In this document: positions 26,101 to 38,900 of the stretch, in pieces
Numbering within the stretch: position 1 is the first letter of the stretch
Layout of the letters: every line of letters begins with the position of its first letter
DNA from: Macrostomum lignano
Lineage: Eukaryota
Assembly: GCA_002269645.1 (NCBI GenBank)
Contig: NIVC01001505.1
Coordinates: forward strand, 124,001-188,000
Direction of reading: 5' to 3'
Length of the DNA stretch: 64,000 nucleotides
Translations under genes and position numbers: made by a program
Notes under the pieces: generated by a model
The model's input: the letters and a program-made list of their open reading frames with translations, nothing else
Told to the model about the DNA's origin: nothing
Databases searched by the model: none

Positions 26101-29100
26101 AACTTCAGGGACACTGAAAACTTCAGGGACAAAGCTAGTGAAAAACCCTTCTAACCGACTCACCATTCCAGAGAAGGCGGCATTGGGTGACACGTAGCCC
26201 AGACCGAGCAGGGTGCCCAATCCAGCACCGTAGGCGCTTGCACTCTTCAACGTGTCGCCAAAATAGTCGGGCTCCTTGGCTTCCAGCTCCTTCGGTGTGG
26301 GCGCCTTGGCTGCTGGAGCTGCAGCGCCAGCGGGCGGAGCCGGCGGCGGCGGCGGCGGCCAGATGAGCTTGCCGGAGTCGATGACGCAGGAGCCGCGGAC
26401 AACTTCGTCGTTCATGTCCAAATAAAAGTGGTCCTTGGCTCCCATGGACAGCAGCAGTTTGGACACGTTGTTGGCGTACAGAGTGCTGGCCTGAGCAATA
26501 GGGGAATTAGGGATTTCAATTCGAGTCCAGGGGTTGCATTTATCATCATCTTTGGGATTGAGATTGAGCTAAGGATTAGTACCCTAAGCTTAGGGATTAT
26601 AACATTCTGAGCTTAGCGATCAGCATTATGAGGTTAGTGATTAGTTTCTGAGCTTAGAGATTAGCTACGATTCTGAACATAGGAATCAGCATTCTGAGCA
26701 TAGGTGATCATGATACTGAACATAGTGATCAGGATTCTGAGCATAGGAATTAGGCTTCTGAGCAAAGGGATTAGGATTCTGAGCACAGGGATTAGGATTC
26801 TGAGCAAAGGGATTAGGATTCTGAGCAAAGGGATTAGGATTCTGAGCAAAGGGATTAGGATTCTGAGCAAAGGGATAAGCATTCTGAGCAAAGGGATTAG
26901 GATTCTGAGCAAAGGGATTAGGATTCTGAGCAAAGGGATTAGGATTCTGAGCAGAGGGCTTAGGATTCTGAGCAAGGGGATTGGGATTCTGAGCACAGGG
27001 ATTAGCATTCTATCAGTAAAGAAACCTGAGTGGGCAGACGAGACGGCAGGTCGGTGTAGCCGATGTGCACCACATCCTTGTACTTGTACAGTTCGCCAGG
27101 CTTCGTAGTCTCGATGTTGCCGCCGGCCTCGGAGGCCAGGTCCACCACGACGGAGCCGGGCTTCATGGACTCGACCATCTCGCGGGAGATGAGCTTGGGA
27201 GCCGGCTTGCCGGGAATCAGAGCAGTGGTGATGAGGATGTCGATTTCGCGGCACTGCTTGGCGAACAGCTCCATCTCGGCTTTGATGAACTCCGGTGACA
27301 TCTCCTTGGCGTAGCCGCCCGTGCCTTCGCCCGACTCCTTCAGCGACACCTCCAGAAACTGCGCGCCGAATGACTCGACCTGCGGGGAATGGGTTAGTTT
27401 TAGTTGCAAAAAATCATCATTCGACCTGTACAAATCCCTAATAAACTGTACAAATCCCCACTCAAACTGTACAAATCCCCATTCAAACTGTACAAATCCC
27501 CACTCAAACTGTACAAATCCCCACTAAACCTGTAAAAATCCTCATTCAAACTGTACAAATCCCATTCGACCTGTACAAATCCCTATTAAAACTGTACAAA
27601 TCCCCATTCAAACTGTACAAATCCTTATCCAAACTGCACTAATCCCCATTCAAACTGTAAAATCCTCATTCAAACTGTAAAAATCCTCATTCAAACTGTA
27701 CAAATCTCCAGTCAAACTGTACAAATCCCCATTCAAACTGTACAAATCCCCATTCAAACTGTACAAATCCCCATTTAAACTGTAAAAATCCTCATTCAAA
27801 CTGTACAAATCTCCAGTCAAACTGTACAAATCTCCAGTCAAACTGTACAAATCTTCATTCAAACTGTACAAATCTCCAGTCAAACTGTACAAATATCCAT
27901 TCAAACTGTACAAATCTCTATTCAAACTGTACAAATCTCCAGTCAAACTGTACAAATCTCCAGTCAAACTGTACAAATCCCCATTCAAACTGTACAAATC
28001 TCCAGTCAAACTGTACAAATCTCCAGTCAAACTGTACAAATCCCCATTCAAACTGTACAAATCTCCAGTCAAACTGTACAAATCTTCATTCAAACTGTAC
28101 AAATCTCCAGTCAAACTGTACAAATATCCATTCAAACTGTACAAATCCCCATTCAAACTGTACAAATGCCCATCCAAACTGTACAAATCCTCATTCAAAT
28201 TGTACAAATCCCCATTTAAACAGTAAAAATCCTCATTCAAACTGTACAAATCCCTATTTGAACTACGAATATTGCCAACAATTTTTTTTACCTACACACA
28301 ACATAACATACCCCAAGACAATACAAACGCACCTGCTCTTTAACGGCAGCCCTGGTGTCGAAGGCCCTGACAATGGCCCCCATATTTTTGGCCGCGCCAA
28401 TGGATGACAAGCCGGCCACGCCGCCGCCAATGACCAGCACTTTGGCCGGCGGGATCTTGCCAGCCGCAGTGATCTGGCCGGCGAAAAATCGGCCGAAATT
28501 GTTGGCGGCGAGGACGACCGCCTTGTAGCCTGCGTGGGATAAGAGGTAACGATTTAGTGGTGATTCTCAGGTAGGAGTAGTGACGATACTCAGGTAGGTT
28601 TGGGTCAATTCTCAGATAGATTTGGGAGGCGATTCTCAGGTGGGTTTAGTGACGATGCTCATGTAGGTTTGGGGGCGATTCTCGGGTAGGTTTGGAGGCG
28701 ACTCTCAGGTAGAATTGGGGGCGATTCTCAGGTAGAATTGGGGCGACTCTCAGGTAGAATTGGGGGCGATTCTCAGGTAGAATTGGGGCGATTCTCAGGT
28801 AGAATTGGGGGCGATTCTCAGGTAGGTTTGGAGGCGACTCTCAGGTAGAATTGGGGGCGATTCTCAGGTAGAATTGGGGCGACTCTCAGGTAGAATTGGG
28901 GGCGATTCTCAGGTAGAATTGGGGGCGATTCTCAGGTAGGTTTGGAGGCGAATCTCAGGTAGAATTGGGGGCGATTCTCAGGTAGGTTTGGAGGCGACTC
29001 TCAGGTAGAATTGGGGGCGATTCTCAGGTAGAATTGGGGGCGATTTTCGGGTAGGTTTGGAGGCGACTCTCAGGTAGAATTGGGGGCGATTCTCAGGTAG

Positions 29101-32095
29101 GTTTGGAGGCGACTCTCAGGTAGAATTGGGGGCGATTCTCAGGTAGAATTGGGGGCGATTCTCAAGTAGAATTGGGGCCAATATAATCCGCACAGCTCTC
29201 ACCGGCAATGTTGGCCATGGAGGACAGGGCGTCGAACACCTGGGCTCGGGAGATCCTGGGCACGCAGTCCATGGCGATGACGTTGCCGCCTTTGGTCTGC
29301 AGCGCCTTGATCAGGTCCGTATTCTGTGCCGGGTACAGAAATGAAACCAGAGTGTTGCCCGGCTTCAGCAAGTCGACCTCAGAGGTTGACGGAGCCCTAA
29401 CCTTCAGCACAATGTCCGATTGGAAAGCGGCCATCTGGTCGACGATGCTGGCGCCGTTCTGTTGAAAGTCGGTGTCGAGAAATTCGGCGCCAACTCCGGC
29501 GCCTTTCTCCACGTTGATGCGAAAGCCTTTTTTAGACAGCAGCTGGCGGGCAGGGGTCAAGAAGCGACTTTTTAAGGACTGAGATGCACTTTAGGTCATA
29601 ACAAGCATTAAGATAACGCTGGTTAAACGGCGACTGCTAGAGTGATTTTGAATATGCTCTTAAGATCGATTCTCAATAAACTTTTGAAGGCCGATTTATA
29701 ATGAAGTTTTGTAGGCCGGTTCTTAATGAAGTTTTGAAGGCCGGTTCTTGATGAAGTTTTGAAGGCCGGTTCTTGATGAAGTTTTGAAGGCCGGTTCTTA
29801 ATGAAGTTTTGAAGGCCGGTTTTTTATGAAGTTTTGAAGGCCGGTTCTTAATGAAGTTTTGAAGGCCGGTTCTTAATGAAGTTTTGAAGGCCGGTTCTTA
29901 ATGAAGTTTTGAAGGCCGGTTTTTTATGAAGTTTTGAAGGCCGGTTCTTAATGAAGTTTTGAAGGCCGGTTTTTTATGAAGTTTTGAAGGCCGGTTCTTA
30001 ATGAAGTTTTGAAGGCCGGTTCTTAATGAAGTTTTGAAGGCCGGTTTTTTATGAAGTTTTGAAGGCCGGTTCTTAATGAAGTTTTGAAGGCCGGTTTTTT
30101 ATGAAGTTTTGAAGGCCGGTTCTTAATGAAGTTTTGAAGGCCGGTTCTTAATGAAGTTTTGAAGGCCGGTTCTTAATGAAGTTTTGAAGGCCGGTTCTTG
30201 ATGAAGTTTTGAAGGCCGGTTCTTAATGAAGTTTTGAAGGCCGGTTCTTGATGAAGTTTTGAAGGCCGGTTCTTAATGAAGTTTTGAAGGCCGGTTCTTG
30301 ATGAAGTTTTGAAGGCCGGTTCTTGATGAAGTTTTGAAGGCCGGTTCTTAATGAAGTTTTGAAGGCCGGTTCTTAATGAAGTTTTGAAGGCCGGTTCTTG
30401 ATGAAGTTTTGAAGGCCGGTTCTTAATGGAGTTTTGAAGGCCGGTTCTTAATGGAGTTTTGAAGGCCGGTTCTTGATGAAGTTTTGAAGGCCAGTTCTTA
30501 ATGGAGTTTTGAAGGCCGGTTCTTGATGAAGTTTTGAAGGCCGGTTCTTAATGAAGTTTTGAAGGCCGGTTCTTGATGAAGTTTTGAAGGCCGGTTCTTA
30601 ATGGAGTTTTGATGGCCGGTTCTTAATGAAGTTTTGAAGGCCGGTTCTTAATGGAGTTTTGATGGCCGGTTCTTGATGAAGCTTTGAAGGCCAGTTCTTG
30701 ATGAATTTTTGAAGGCCGGTTCTTGATGAAGTTTTGAAGGCCGGTTCTTGATGAAGTTTTGAAGGCCGGTTCTTGATGAAGTTTTGAAGGCCGGTTCTTG
30801 ATGAAGTTTTGAAGGCCGGTTCTTGATGAAGTTTTGAAGGCCGGTTTTTTATGAAGTTTTGAAGGCCGGTTCTTAATGAAGTTTTGAAGGCCGGTTCTTG
30901 ATGAAGTTTTGAAGGCCGGTTCTTAATGGAGTTTTTATGGCCGGTTCTTAATGGAGTTTTTATGGCAGATTCTTAATGGAGTTTTGATGGCCGGTTCTTA
31001 ATGGAGTTTTGAAGGCCGGTTCTTAATGGAGTTTTTATGGCAGATTCTTAATGGAGTTTTGAAGGCCGGTTCTTAATGAAGTTTTTATGGCAGGTTCTTA
31101 ATGGAGTTTTGAAGGCCGGTTTTTTATGAAGTTTTGAAGGCAGGTTCTTAATGGAGTTTTTATGGCCGGTTCTTAATGGAGTTTTTATGGCAGGTTCTTA
31201 ATGGAGTTTTGATGGCCGGTTCTTAATGGAGTTTGAGGGCCGGTTCTCAATAAGCTTTTGAAGGCCGGTTCTCAATAAACTTTTAAAGGCCAGTTCCTAA
31301 TGAAGTTTTGAAGGCCGGTTCTCAATAAACTTTTAAAGGCCAGTTCCTAATGAAGTTTTGAAGGCCGGTTATCAATAAACTTTTGAACGCCGGCTCTTAA
31401 TGAAGTTTTGAAGGCTGGTTCTCAGCAAGCCTTTAAAGACCGGTTCTTAATACACTGTTGAATGTTATTGAAGAACAATTATCAAGATTATTAACCAACT
31501 CGAACAATTTGTGTCCTTGAGCAAGACACTTAACTCTGCATTACTTTAGTTCACCCAGCTGTAAAATGGGTTCCAGCATTAGATAGGGTAATTGAGGGTG
31601 TGTGTGTCTATGTTTGCATGGACTGAACAGCCGTAAGCAGCCTTCAGATGCACCGCGCAATAGCTGCGGCTGAGCTGTCGGTTGCACATCTGGCCATTAG
31701 GGCAGGTGTTCTAACACCCATAAAAGGTGATTATTAAAACAGCACAATATTCACGGGTAATTCCTAGAAAACTGCATAAAAGAATATCGCAGATCAACGC
31801 AGAGCTAATAAAACCTGCGGCAACTCCCCACCTGGACAGCGGCGGGGCTCAGCGCCACCCGGCGCTCATTCTGCCAGGACTCCTTGGGCACGCCGATGGT
31901 CAGCTGGCTGTAGGCGATACCGCGGACCGGCTCGGCGGCTGCCTGCAGAGCGGCGTCGGCAGCGGCGGCGGGCGGCCGATGCAAAGGCGCAGACGTTGTC
32001 AGCAGGCGAAAGGTGAGCGCGCTGGCTCGAACAGCGGCGTCGGGTTTGAGTAGAGACAACATTGCTGCTGGCCACTGACCAGCAGGTTGTGCCAT
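14126..32095 (-). CDS. NNT: Mitochondrial NAD(P) transhydrogenase, ~1084 aa, domain order dI-dII-dIII
   Basis: 10 exons (minus): 31832-32095, 29203-29542, 28333-28529, 27026-27379, 26164-26490, 25163-25604, 24045-24593, 16514-16764, 14503-14845, 14126-14313. All GT-AG, 3255 nt in frame. Motifs: [104 protein letters not shown]. Start could be the Met at 32062. Confidence 0.98.
14930..15985. mobile_element. Non-autonomous foldback DNA transposon, 1056 bp, 295-bp TIRs, 8-bp TSD (hAT or P superfamily-like)
   Basis: TIR 14930-15224 is nearly identical to the reverse complement of 15691-15985; ends CAAGG...CCTTG. TSD AGTCGTAC at 14922-14929 and 15986-15993. Lies in NNT intron 8. Confidence 0.92.
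16030..16480. repeat. Degenerate ~20-bp repeat (tttgaggtcaaagtgggtca)n in NNT intron 8
   Basis: Recurrent aggtcaaa core. Confidence 0.8.
16830..17670. repeat. 21-22-bp minisatellite (gatccttcagtaggctacccc)n in NNT intron 7
   Basis: Direct tandem repetition, ending at the TA where the mariner begins. Confidence 0.95.
18794..21490 (+). pseudogene. Frameshifted, intron-containing EnSpm-like transposase
   Basis: Acidic 54/42-bp coding repeats ([18 protein letters not shown]), then [84 protein letters not shown]. These match the En/Spm transposase motif series. Apparent introns near 20489-20577 and 21041-21149. Confidence 0.8.
21928..22966 (+). CDS. Accessory ORF2 of the CACTA-like element (coiled coil, acidic linker, possible helical DNA-binding C-terminus), interrupted near 22716
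   Basis: 262-aa ORF 21928-22716 with a heptad stretch [36 protein letters not shown], followed by ORF 22724-22966 in another frame. Lies inside the element ends. Confidence 0.55.
24650..25135. repeat. 20-bp minisatellite (tcaatcaaccattctctacc)n in NNT intron 6
   Basis: Direct tandem repetition. Confidence 0.93.
25725..26128. repeat. 18-bp minisatellite (aacttcagggacactgat)n in NNT intron 5
   Basis: Direct tandem repetition. Confidence 0.93.
26600..27010. repeat. 21-bp minisatellite (attaggattctgagcaaaggg)n in NNT intron 4
   Basis: Direct tandem repetition. Confidence 0.93.
27425..28255. repeat. 21-bp minisatellite (caaactgtacaaatccccatt)n in NNT intron 3
   Basis: Direct tandem repetition. 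Confidence 0.95.
28550..29175. repeat. ~22-bp minisatellite (gggcgattctcaggtagaattg)n in NNT intron 2
   Basis: Direct tandem repetition. Confidence 0.95.
29690..31430. repeat. 25-bp minisatellite (aatgaagttttgaaggccggttctt)n in NNT intron 1
   Basis: Direct tandem repetition over ~1.7 kb. Confidence 0.97.
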
Positions 32096-32209
32096 TTGCC
32101 ATTTATAATGGTAAAGATGGACATCGAGATTGCGATTAATGAGCTAAATAGGTTAGAATTGGGAGGGGCTTTTCTAATAGAAAGACCTAACAAAAGGGGA
32201 TGAATAGGC

Positions 32210-33080
32210 TAAGATAGAGGGGCAGGGTAGAGGGACAGAGGGATAGAGGGGCAGGGGTAGAAGGGACAGAGGGATAGAGGGGGAGGGGTAGAGGGACAGA
32301 GGGATAGAGGGGCAGGGGTAGAAGGGACAGAGGGATAGAGGGGCAGGGGTAGAGGGACAGAGGGATAGAGGGGCAGGGTAGAAGGGACAGAGGGATAGAG
32401 GGGGAGGGGTAGAGGGACAGAGGGGTAGAGGGGCAGGGGTAGAAGAGACAGAGGGATAGAGGGGGAGGGGTAGAGAGACAGAGGGATAGAAGGGCAGGGG
32501 GTAGAGGGACAGAGGGATAGAAGGGGAGGGGTAGAGGGACAGAGGGATGGAAGGGCAGGGGGTAGAGGGACAGAGGGATAGAGGGGCAGGGGTAGAGGGA
32601 CAGAGGGATAGAAGGGCAGGGGGTAGAGGGACAGAGGGATAGAGGAGGAGGGGTAGAGGGACAGAGGGATAGAAGGGGAGGGGTAGAGGGACAGAGGGAT
32701 AGAAGGGCAGGGGGTAGAGGGACAGAGGGATAGAAGGGCAGGGGGTAGAGGGACAGAGAGATAGAGGAGGGGGGTAGAGGGACAGAGAGATAGAGGAGGG
32801 GGGTAGAGGGACAGAGGGATAGAAGGGCAGGGGGTAGAGGGACAGAGGGATAGAAGGGCAGGGGGTAGAGGGACAGAGGGATAGAGGAGGGGGGTAGAGG
32901 GACAGAGGGATAGAAGGGGAGGGACAGAGGGACAGAAGGGGAGGGGTAGAGGGGCAGGGGTAGAGGGATAGAGGGATAGAAGGGCAGGGGGTAGAGGGAC
33001 AGAGGGATAGAAGGGGAGGGGTAGAGGGACAGAGGGATAGAGAGGCAGGGGTAGAGGGACAGAGAAATAGAGGGGCAGAG
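32210..33080. repeat. GA-rich ~26-bp minisatellite (gtagagggacagagggatagaggggc)n upstream of NNT
   Basis: Direct tandem repetition. Confidence 0.93.
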
Positions 33081-33759
33081 AGACGGGACAGAGCCTGAGA
33101 ACTCTATAATCAATGACCTGCATGATAATTAAAACGAACAATGAACACGCACGCCAAAACTTCAGTTCAGATGTTGGACTGTATTAATAGAGAAAACCTG
33201 CTAAGTGTATATGGTAAAGATTTATATATTTTTCGGCAAAAAACTAAAGGTGCTTGCTTGTCTTAGCAGAAAAAATTACCACTAATATAGAAGTTGTGCC
33301 TCAGTACTTTTAGAAGCTAGTCAGTGCACTGAATGCGGCGCTGCACCAGCTGCTGTAAACTAAAGAAAAGTACCGTAACTCGCACGGGCACACAAAACTC
33401 AAAAAAAGAACTTGGTGAACGCATATAGCAAGCCAATGTTACTACAAACTGGGACAGCACCCTAGGCAAAAATATTCTAATAATAATTGAACCAATTGTC
33501 GAGGATCTTAGCGCGTAAACGCTTCCATGACAACCGTATCCTTTACGCGTCAGCAAAATTACATACTCAAGCACGAAAGTATGTGTTACTACAACTTTTT
33601 TTACCAAATTATAAATAATTCTAGACTCTTTCTTAATCTATTTCTATTTATACTAGAAAACAAAAATTCGAAAAATGAGTAGTGCATTATTCTAAGCGTT
33701 GCTGCTACTGCTGAAATGATGGTTCAGTGAAGAATATTGTATTCAAAATTTCATATTCA

Positions 33760-34300
33760 AAATGGCACCTCAATTTACGCAAAATGGCACCCTAATTGAA
33801 TTCAAATGGCACCTCAATTTACGCAAAATGGCACCCTAATTGAATTCAAATGGCACCTCAATTTACGCAAAATGGCACCCTAATTGAATTCAAATGGCAC
33901 CTCAATTTACGCAAAATGGCACCCTAATTGAATTCAAAATGGCACCTCAATTTACGCAAAATGGCACCCTAATTGAATTCAAAATGGCACCTCAATTTAC
34001 GCAAAATGGCACCCTAATTGAATTCAAATGGCAACTCAATTTACGCTAAATGGCACCTCAATTTACGCAAAATGGCACCCTAATTGAATTCAAAATGGCA
34101 CCTCAATTTACGCAAAATGACACCTTAATTGAATTCAAATGGCACCTCAATTTACGCAAAATGGCCCACTAATTGAATTCAAAATGGCACTTCAATTTAC
34201 GCAAAATGGCCCCCTAATTGAATTCAAAATGGCACTTCAATTTACGCAAAATGGCCCCCTAATTGAATTCAAAATGGCACCTCAATTTACGCAAAATGAG
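33760..34300. repeat. 44-45-bp minisatellite (aaatggcacctcaatttacgcaaaatggcaccctaattgaattc)n
   Basis: Direct tandem repetition in the SLC25-NNT spacer. Confidence 0.93.
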
Positions 34301-34941
34301 ACAATGTCCTCAGTTTATCAAACTACCAATCTACCATTAACAAAAGCAGTGCAGGCAAAGCGCATTTTTTAAGTCAAAAAGTGGCAATAAACACAAAAAA
34401 TGGGGGACAAGGTCTGTTTTTTAGATTTCTATTTTGCTAATCCTACCATAAGGACAGGCAGACAGGAGAAGCAGCAAAAAAATAAGAAAACGAATTGTTG
34501 CAGACTAACATGCCACAAGTTATGAAGTTGGTTCTGCGTCCAAATGAAATGTCTACTAACAAGTAGTAATTATAGTAATATTTAAAGTTCCTAAATTGAG
34601 TGCATGTGCTAAGAGTGTTCTAGCAACTAGCAAACCAATGATAAGGCAGTAGCAGTTCGGAGGCCACACTTCGAAGAACAAGTTTTAAATTTTGTCATTT
34701 ATTTTGAATGAAATATTCTACCAATACTACTATAATGATCTGACTTCTGTCTGGTCTGGTCATTGAGCGAGAAATTGTTTAAAATACATTAGCCAAAATG
34801 TTTATGTAAAGAAAATATGATTAATCAATCTTATGTATGATTGCAAACAGAAGCGCTCCAAGCCCTACTATAAAAAGGTTTGCATAGATTCCAATAGGAA
34901 TATAGAAGCCACTATATAGAAGCCATATAAAAGCCATTAAA

Positions 34942-35680
34942 AATGGAATTCCCTACGGATGGGGTATTCTCCGACAGAACGGAATTCCCTAACGATTGGG
35001 TATTCTCCGAAAGAACGGAATTCCCAAGCGATGGGGTATTCTCCGAAAGAACGGAATTCCCTAACGATGGGGTATTCTCCGACAGAACGGAATTCCCTGA
35101 CGATGGGGTATTCTCCGACAGAACTGAATACCCAAGCGATGGGATATTCTCCGACAGAACGGAATTCCCTAGCGCTAGGGGTGTTCTCCGATAGAACGGA
35201 ATTTCCTAGCGATAGGGGTGTTCTCCGATAGAACGGAATTCCCTAGCGAAAGGGGTGTTCTCCGATAGAACGGAATTCCCTAGCGATAGGGTTATTCTCT
35301 GACAGAACGGAATTCCCAAGCGATGGGGTATTCTCCGACAGAACGGAATTCCCTAGCGCTAGGGGTGTTCTCCGATAGAACGGAATTTCCTAGCGATAGG
35401 GGTATTCTCCGACAGAACGGAATTCCCAAGCGATGGGGTATTCTCCGACAGAACGGAATTCCCAAGCGATGGGGTATTTTCCGACAGAACGAAATTCCCT
35501 AGCGATAGGGGTATTCTCCGACAGAACGGGATTCCCAAGCGATGGGGTGTTCTCCGATAGAACGGAATTCCCTAGCGCTAGGGGTGTTCTCCGATAGAAC
35601 GGAATTTCCTAGCGATAGGGGTATTTTCCGACAGAACGAAATTCCCTAGCGATAGGGGTATTCTGCGACAAAAAGAAATT
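34942..35680. repeat. 36-bp minisatellite (ggaattccctagcgataggggtattctccgacagaac)n
   Basis: Direct tandem repetition just downstream of the SLC25 stop. Confidence 0.93.
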
Positions 35681-35961
35681 TCCTTTCCCTGCCAATAGGG
35701 TATATTTTTAAGAGGGAATTCCCCAGTTTTTGGAAGGAGGAATTATTTTTGAAGCCTAATACTTAACTACAGATACTCGTACTAAACTACGGATAAATGA
35801 TAATTCACACTCTTATCAAAGTCTGAAACTAATACACATTCTTTAGTATTACTACATATAGATTAGTATTATAAAATTCCATTTTAAAAGGCGATCTGCA
35901 TAATAAAGGTCAAATATGACAGACGTGCAGCTCCCGGCAGTGAAGTCGCTCATCAGTTCAC

Positions 35962-38900
35962 TCAGCCGCTGCCAGACCCGGCGGCAATCTTGTACTTGGG
36001 CAGGCACAGGCCGAATCGCGACTCCAATTCATCGAACGACAGGGTGGCGATTTTGTAACCGCCAATGTGATCCGGGTTGGTTGGCATGGCCTCCTCGGGT
36101 CGCTTGAGAATGTTCGAGCCAGATGGCTTGCTGCGGAGTGCAATAATTGGGAGCAGGTTAGCCTCTTGTGGGAAACTTGTAGGGGAATTTTAGGCAGCGG
36201 TTCAAATGAATTTAAGAAAGTTTCATATGAATTTTTAGAGAATTGTTTAGGGGAATTTTAATGGTTAGGGAAATTTTGGAAAACAGGTTGGGGGATTTTA
36301 GGAAACTCGTTGGGGAAGTTTTAGGAGATTGGTTGGGGAAGTTTTAGGAGACTGGTTGGGGAAATTTTAGGAAACTGGTTGGGGAAATTTTAGGAAACTG
36401 GTTGGGGAAATTTTAGGAAACTGGTTGGGGAAATTTTAGGAGATTGGTTCGGGGAATTTTAGGAGACTGGTTTGGGAAATTTTAGGAAATTGGTTGGGGA
36501 AATTTTAGGAGACTGGTTGGGGAAATTTTAGGAGACTGGTTTGGGAAATTTTAGGAAATTGGTTGGGGAAATTTTAGGAGACTGGTTGGGGAAATTTTAG
36601 GAGACTGGTTTGGGAAATTTTAGGAAATTGGTTGGGGAAATTTTAGGACTGGTTGGGGAACTTTTAGGAGACTGGTTGGGGAAATTTTAGGAGACTGGTT
36701 GGGGAAATTTTAGGAGACTGGTTGGGGAAATTTTAGGAGACTGGTTTGGGAAATTTTAGGAGACTGGTTTGGGAAATTTTATGAGACTGGTTTGGGAAAT
36801 TTTAGGAGACTGGTTGTGGAAATTTTAGGATTCAATTTCAGGCATTCAGGCTTTAGACTGAAATACCGGTCGGATCTAAGAGATTTAGTATATTGTCATA
36901 GAGGATGAGTCTGGGGCATTCAGAGGTTGCAAGATAATGACCCACCTGCCGCCAAAGTCAATATAGAAAGCCCGTTGCAGCATCTCGTAGGTGAGGAGGG
37001 TGACGCCGAACTGCGGACTCGAACGGAACACCCTGGCCATGGAGCCTTTCCAGAAGGCCCGGGGTCCCTCCTCGCGAAGGATCTTGCCGAATGCGTCAAA
37101 CACACCGGTGTAAGTAGTCTGGCCAGATCGGGCCACCACCTGCCGGGGGAGATGCAGTTGTAACAATATATACACTCGTGAATGAAAGGCTGCTATTGGA
37201 CCATTACAAGAGGGTAGACAATTAGACAGATAGAACAATTAATTAGGGAGACAGGGTACATAATTAGGGAGACAGGGTAGATAACTAGGGAGACAAGGTA
37301 GATAATTAGGGAGACCGGGTAGATAACTAGGGAGACAAGGTAGATAATTAGGGAGACAGGGTAGATAATTAGGGAGACAAGGTAGATAACTAGGGAGATA
37401 AGGGTACATAATTAGGGAGACAGGGTAGATAACTAGGGAGACAAGGTAGATAATTAGGGAGACAAGGTAGATAATTAGGGAGACAGGGTAGATAACTAGG
37501 GAGACAAGGTAGATAATTAGGGAGACAGGGTAGATAACTAGGGAGACAAGGTAGATAATTAGGGAGACGGTAAATAATTAGAGAAACAAGGTAGATAACT
37601 AAGGAGACAACGTAATTTAAGGAAACAGGGTGGATAATTAGGGAGACAAGGTAGAAAATAAGTAAATGATTAATTCAAAGATAATTAGGGAGATACCTGA
37701 AGCCTACAATAAACAGCTCAAATAACTCTAACCCGCCGCCGGGTGTAAAGTCTAGTGCTACTCACCTGCAGCCTAGTCTTAATCACATCCGCAGGCGTTG
37801 TCAGACCGGCGGCTGGGGCGCCAGACAGAGTGGCGGCAAGCAGCAGTGAGCCGGGATTATTGTAGCCTTCGCTATCGGCGAATCGCATCTTCAGATGATT
37901 GTAGGCGGTGAAGTAGATCGCCGAGAATGGTATGTCGCGCAGGAAGCAAGCCTTGGCGCCTTTGTACAAGCCAAAGAAGCCGAGGTCGCGAATCACCTGG
38001 GGGAGAGCGGGTATTATAATTCATTTGTTTATTAATATCTCACCTGTTTATCAGCCTTCTTCTCTATGGCCGTTAATGAGTCCCTTTATGACTGCGCATG
38101 ACTCATCTTACGCCTGTGCATGACTCATCTTATGCCCTGTGCATGGCTCATCTTATGCCCTGTGCATGGCTCATCTTATGCCCTGTGCATGACTCATCTT
38201 ATGCCCTGTGCATGACTCATCTTATGCCCTGTGCATGACTCATCTTATGTCGGTGTATGACTCCTTTTGTGTCTGTGTATGACTCCTTTTGTGCCTGTGT
38301 ATGACTCCTCTTATGACTGTGTATGACTCCTCCAAGAATCTTCTATAACGTAGAGCAACCTTCCAAGGAGTTTCTATTCACGAACTGAGACCAGTCATCT
38401 CAACCTGTCAATCAAATTCACCCTCCCACGCCAGAAACTCACATGCAGCGCGGAGACCCTCTGTGCGGTGGCGATCTCGCCCGCCACCTGCAGCCGGATC
38501 TTCACAATCTCGAGCGGGTTGGTGAAAATCACCTGGGAGCCGCCGGCGCAGCCGCCAGCAAGAATCTCCGCCCACAGGGGTATGAAGCCGGTCTTCTTGT
38601 CGCGGAACTGATCCTTGACCAAGTCGTTCATGGTCAGCTTGATGGCCTTCTCAGGCGCCACGCCTACCAGCTGAGGCACCAGGCCTGGGGGGGGCAAAAA
38701 TGGGTTTTGATGAGAAGCGGTGAAGGCTACTGCTGTTAGTAGGATGGACAGACCATGCAAATTATTTGGGATTTGAAACACGAGCACACAAATGCGGGTC
38801 GCTTTCACAAGCCCTAAATTTCACAACGTCGCAAGACACAAACTTTCACAAGCTCTAAATTTCACAAGCTCTAAATTTCACAAGCTCTAAATTTCACAAC

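Noticed and set aside
31866-32102. Out-of-frame upstream ATG 7 nt before the NNT start as a regulatory uORF
   Set aside because: The true NNT start and transcript 5' end are uncertain (Met 32095 vs 32062), so no claim can be supported.
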